DNA of 64,000 bases from positions 1,920,001 to 1,984,000 of the forward strand of contig CAVVPN010000011.1 in the NCBI GenBank assembly GCA_963750165.1. The letters are read 5' to 3'. Source of the stretch: an uncultured Gemmataceae bacterium. Its GTDB lineage: Bacteria; Planctomycetota; Planctomycetia; Gemmatales; Gemmataceae. Shown here in pieces: positions 61,519 to 64,000 of the stretch (positions are counted from its first letter, which is position 1; every line of letters begins with the position of its first letter). A program made the position numbers and the translations under genes. The notes under the pieces were generated by a model. It was not told where the DNA came from, ran no database searches, and saw only the letters and a list, made by a program, of their open reading frames with translations.

Positions 61519-63026
61519 TGCGTCCAGCGCAGCCACCAGTCCAGCAACCATTTCGTCAGCGGCGTCAGTTTCGTGCGGTAGAACGCATCGCCGGTCTTCC
61601 TGAGCGCCTCCGCCTGCGTCGGGTATGGATGGATCGTCTGTCCCAGCTTGCCCAGCCCCAGCCGAGCCGTCATCGCCAGCGTCAGTTCGGCAATCAGCTC
61701 TCCCGCGTGTTTCGCTACCACTGTCGCGCCCAGGATTTTGTCAGTCCCGGGCTGAACGTGGACCTTGACGAAACCATCTGTGTCGCCGTCCAGGACCGCG
61801 CGATCGACATGAGACAGCGGCTGCGTGAACGTCTGCACCGCGATGCCGCGCTCCTGCGCTGTGCGCTCGGACAGGCCGACGTGCGCCACCTCCGGGTCAG
61901 TATACGTACACCACGGAATGACGAGGCGACTGACGCGAGCGCGGCCGAGGAACAGGGCGTTGCGAATGACGATCCGGGCCATCGCGTCGGCAGTGTGCGT
62001 GAACTGGTAGCGCGAACAGATGTCGCCGGCAGCGTAGATGTGGCGGTTCGTCGTCCGCAGTCGATCGTTGACGTGGACGCCGTGCTGCGCGTCATACACC
62101 ACGCCGACCGCCTCCAGGTTCAGGCCCGCCACGTTCGGAGCGCGGCCGACGCCGACCAGTATCTCCTCGGCCCGCACCTCAGCGCCGGGCTCGACGTGCA
62201 GCCCCTTTTCACTTCCCTGGCGCTCCGCCCGCACCACCTTGGTGCCCAGCCGCAGTTCAATGCCGTCGCGGCGGAACGCTTGCTCGACCAGGGCCGCGGC
62301 GTCGCGGTCCTCGCGCGGCAGCAGTTGCGCACTGCTGCCGATCAGCGTCACCCGCGATCCCAGCCGCGCGAACGCCTGCGCCAGTTCGCAGCCGACCGGC
62401 CCGGCGCCGACGACCGCCAACCGCGGCGGCAGCTGCGTCAGGCCGAACACTGTTTCGTTCGTCAGATAACCGCACTCCGCCATGCCCGGAATGTCCGGTA
62501 CGGCGGCCCGCGCCCCGGTGGCGATCACGGCCTTACGATAGCGCAGCGCCTGGCCGCCGACCTCCACCGTGTCCGCGCCGGCAAAGCGGGCAGCACCGAG
62601 GAACACGTCCACACCCAGGCCGCGGAAGCGCTGCGCCGAATCATTGACGCTGAGGTCCGCCCGCAGCCGCCGCAGCCGTTCCATGACCGCCGCGAAATCG
62701 ACAGCCACGCCCGGCGGCACCCGCACGCCGAACTGCGCCGCCTCGCGCACCGCCGCGGCCGCCCGCGCTGCGGCGAGCAGCGCCTTGCTGGGCACGCAGC
62801 CATAATTGAGACAATCGCCCCCCAGCAAGGCGCGTTCCACCAGCGCGACCTTCGCGCCCAGACCGGCCGCCCCCGCCGCGGTCACCAGGCCCGCCGTGCC
62901 GGCGCCGATCACGACCAGGTGATAGCGCCCCGCTGGCGTCGGGTTGACCCAGTCCGGCGGCCGGACGCGCTCCAGCAACTGCCGGTTGGCGGCGTCCTCC
63001 GGTGACAGACTTACGACATCGCTCAT
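61515..63026 (-). CDS. Class I pyridine nucleotide-disulfide oxidoreductase (mercuric-reductase-like, without the MerA C-terminal Cys-Cys)
   Basis: VIGAGTAG, GGDCLNYGCVPSK, IATG, VGAGPVGCE, IYAAGD, YTDPEVA, IHPYPT. Confidence 0.88.
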   Translation of the reverse strand: MSDVVSLSPEDAANRQLLERVRPPDWVNPTPAGRYHLVVIGAGTAGLVTAAGAAGLGAKVALVERALLGGDCLNYGCVPSKALLAAARAAAAVREAAQFGVRVPPGVAVDFAAVMERLRRLRADLSVNDSAQRFRGLGVDVFLGAARFAGADTVEVGGQALRYRKAVIATGARAAVPDIPGMAECGYLTNETVFGLTQLPPRLAVVGAGPVGCELAQAFARLGSRVTLIGSSAQLLPREDRDAAALVEQAFRRDGIELRLGTKVVRAERQGSEKGLHVEPGAEVRAEEILVGVGRAPNVAGLNLEAVGVVYDAQHGVHVNDRLRTTNRHIYAAGDICSRYQFTHTADAMARIVIRNALFLGRARVSRLVIPWCTYTDPEVAHVGLSERTAQERGIAVQTFTQPLSHVDRAVLDGDTDGFVKVHVQPGTDKILGATVVAKHAGELIAELTLAMTARLGLGKLGQTIHPYPTQAEALRKTGDAFYRTKLTPLTKWLLDWWLRWTQ

Positions 63027-63784
63027 GGGTGTCGGTCTCGCTGGATTCCCGTTACCGAGGAAGCAGGCTGAATGGCGGTGTCCGGGACGGCGGGTAGCTT
63101 TGTGGTGGCGAGCGCCCGGTCGAGCGCTTGTTTGGCGATGCGCGAAATGGCGACGGTGACGACGGCGGTGACGGCGAGGCTGCCCCAGAAGACAACGCGG
63201 CCCAGCGTGCCGGTTTCTCGACCGGCCGCCGCCTCGCCGGCCGCGGAGCCGAGGTAAACGTACAGCAGCGTGCCCGGCAACATGCCGAGCCAGCTGGCCA
63301 GCAAATAATCGCGGAAGGACACGCGCGTCAGCGCCAGGGCGTAGTTGAGCAGGTTGAAAGGGAACAACGGCGACAGTCGCAGCAGCAGGACGATCTTGAA
63401 GCCCTGCTCGCCGATGGCCCGGTCGATGGCCTGAAACTTCGGATGCCGTGCCACCCTGCGTTCGACCCAGCCGCGAGCCAGGAAGCGGCCGACCAGAAAG
63501 GCGAGCGCCGCGCCGGCGGTGCTGCCGAGCGAAATGGCGATGGTCGCCGGCACGACACCGTAGAGCAGGCCGGCGCTCAGCGTGATGATCGAGCCGGGCA
63601 CCATCAGCAGACAGGCGGGAATGTAGACGAGAGCGAAGAGCACCAGGCCCCAGAGGCCGAAATCCCTGGCCCGGTCGCGGAGGTCCGTCAGCCACTCGCG
63701 CACCGGCAGCAGGAACAGGGCCGCGACGATCAGGCCGAGCAGCAGTGCCAGCACGAATAAACGAAGCAGGGTGGAGCGCGTCAT
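63023..63784 (-). CDS. TVP38/TMEM64 (DedA superfamily) membrane protein
   Basis: PGSIITLSAGLLYG, LLRLSPLFPFNLLNYALALT, GMLPGTLLYVYLG. Confidence 0.92.
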   Translation of the reverse strand: MTRSTLLRLFVLALLLGLIVAALFLLPVREWLTDLRDRARDFGLWGLVLFALVYIPACLLMVPGSIITLSAGLLYGVVPATIAISLGSTAGAALAFLVGRFLARGWVERRVARHPKFQAIDRAIGEQGFKIVLLLRLSPLFPFNLLNYALALTRVSFRDYLLASWLGMLPGTLLYVYLGSAAGEAAAGRETGTLGRVVFWGSLAVTAVVTVAISRIAKQALDRALATTKLPAVPDTAIQPASSVTGIQRDRHP

Positions 63785-63801
63785 GCTGTTGCCTGGGAAC
63801 G

Positions 63802-63860
63802 TCCGAGCCCGAGCGCCAGCGAGGGGCCACGGCAGCCCCGCGCTGGCGCTCGGGCTCGGA
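63802..63860. repeat. REP-like palindrome, family F
   Basis: TCCGAGCCCGAGCGCCAGCG ... CGCTGGCGCTCGGGCTCGGA (20-bp perfect arms, extended inward by GGGGC/GCCCC). Confidence 0.85.
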
Positions 63861-63875
63861 TCGAGAGCGGCGGGC

Positions 63876-64000
63876 TCAGCCCATGACCGTGAAGGTCCGC
63901 ACCTGGATCTCGTTGCGACCCGACTTCGGATACGGCCGCGGCTCCGGCTGCGCGTAGTCGTTCAGGTCCACGGCCCGGGCGCGGAACTCGTACGCACCGG
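63876..64000 (-). CDS. C-terminal fragment, probably a sulfite-oxidase-family (Mo-cofactor dimerisation domain) protein
   Basis: Manual translation GAYEFRARAVDLNDYAQPEPRPYPKSGRNEIQVRTFTVMG*, resembling the RAxD...QP motif; only 40 codons are visible. Confidence 0.55.
   Translation of the reverse strand, partial: GAYEFRARAVDLNDYAQPEPRPYPKSGRNEIQVRTFTVMG

Noticed and set aside
61515..63026. merA mercury-resistance call
   Set aside because: No C-terminal Cys-Cys, no N-terminal HMA domain and no mer operon genes.

Overview
High-GC bacterial chromosomal window. The gene content (DUF1549/DUF1553 + DUF1501 operon, TIGR03067-like protein, ECF sigma/Ser-Thr kinase pair, LEPRxLL-type extracellular protein, giant PQQ-propeller/TPR protein) points to Planctomycetota, probably Gemmataceae-like; this assignment is an inference. 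There are about 45 CDS. Housekeeping or recognisable genes include tilS, trpC, scpA, fahA, an Lhr helicase with a metallophosphoesterase, an arylsulfatase, PP2C, TolC and a Wza-like protein; most of the rest are secreted or membrane hypotheticals. About 12 apparent frameshifts in 9 genes mostly sit in G/C/A runs or CG repeats and are best read as long-read assembly errors. I see no rRNA, tRNA, CRISPR array, transposase or phage genes. The most notable non-coding signal is a dense set of distinct REP/REPIN-like palindrome families, including a 71-bp element present twice, identical and inverted, 26 kb apart. The best candidates for uncharacterised systems are: (i) the secreted DUF1549/1553 - Tat DUF1501 - multi-EF-hand operon; (ii) the ECF-kinase locus, whose kinase C-terminus and small downstream gene look like a swapped cassette; (iii) secreted NPYTG-repeat Gly/Tyr peptides; (iv) a lipoprotein pseudophosphatase; (v) the conserved unknown gene upstream of fahA. 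None can be proven novel from the sequence alone.
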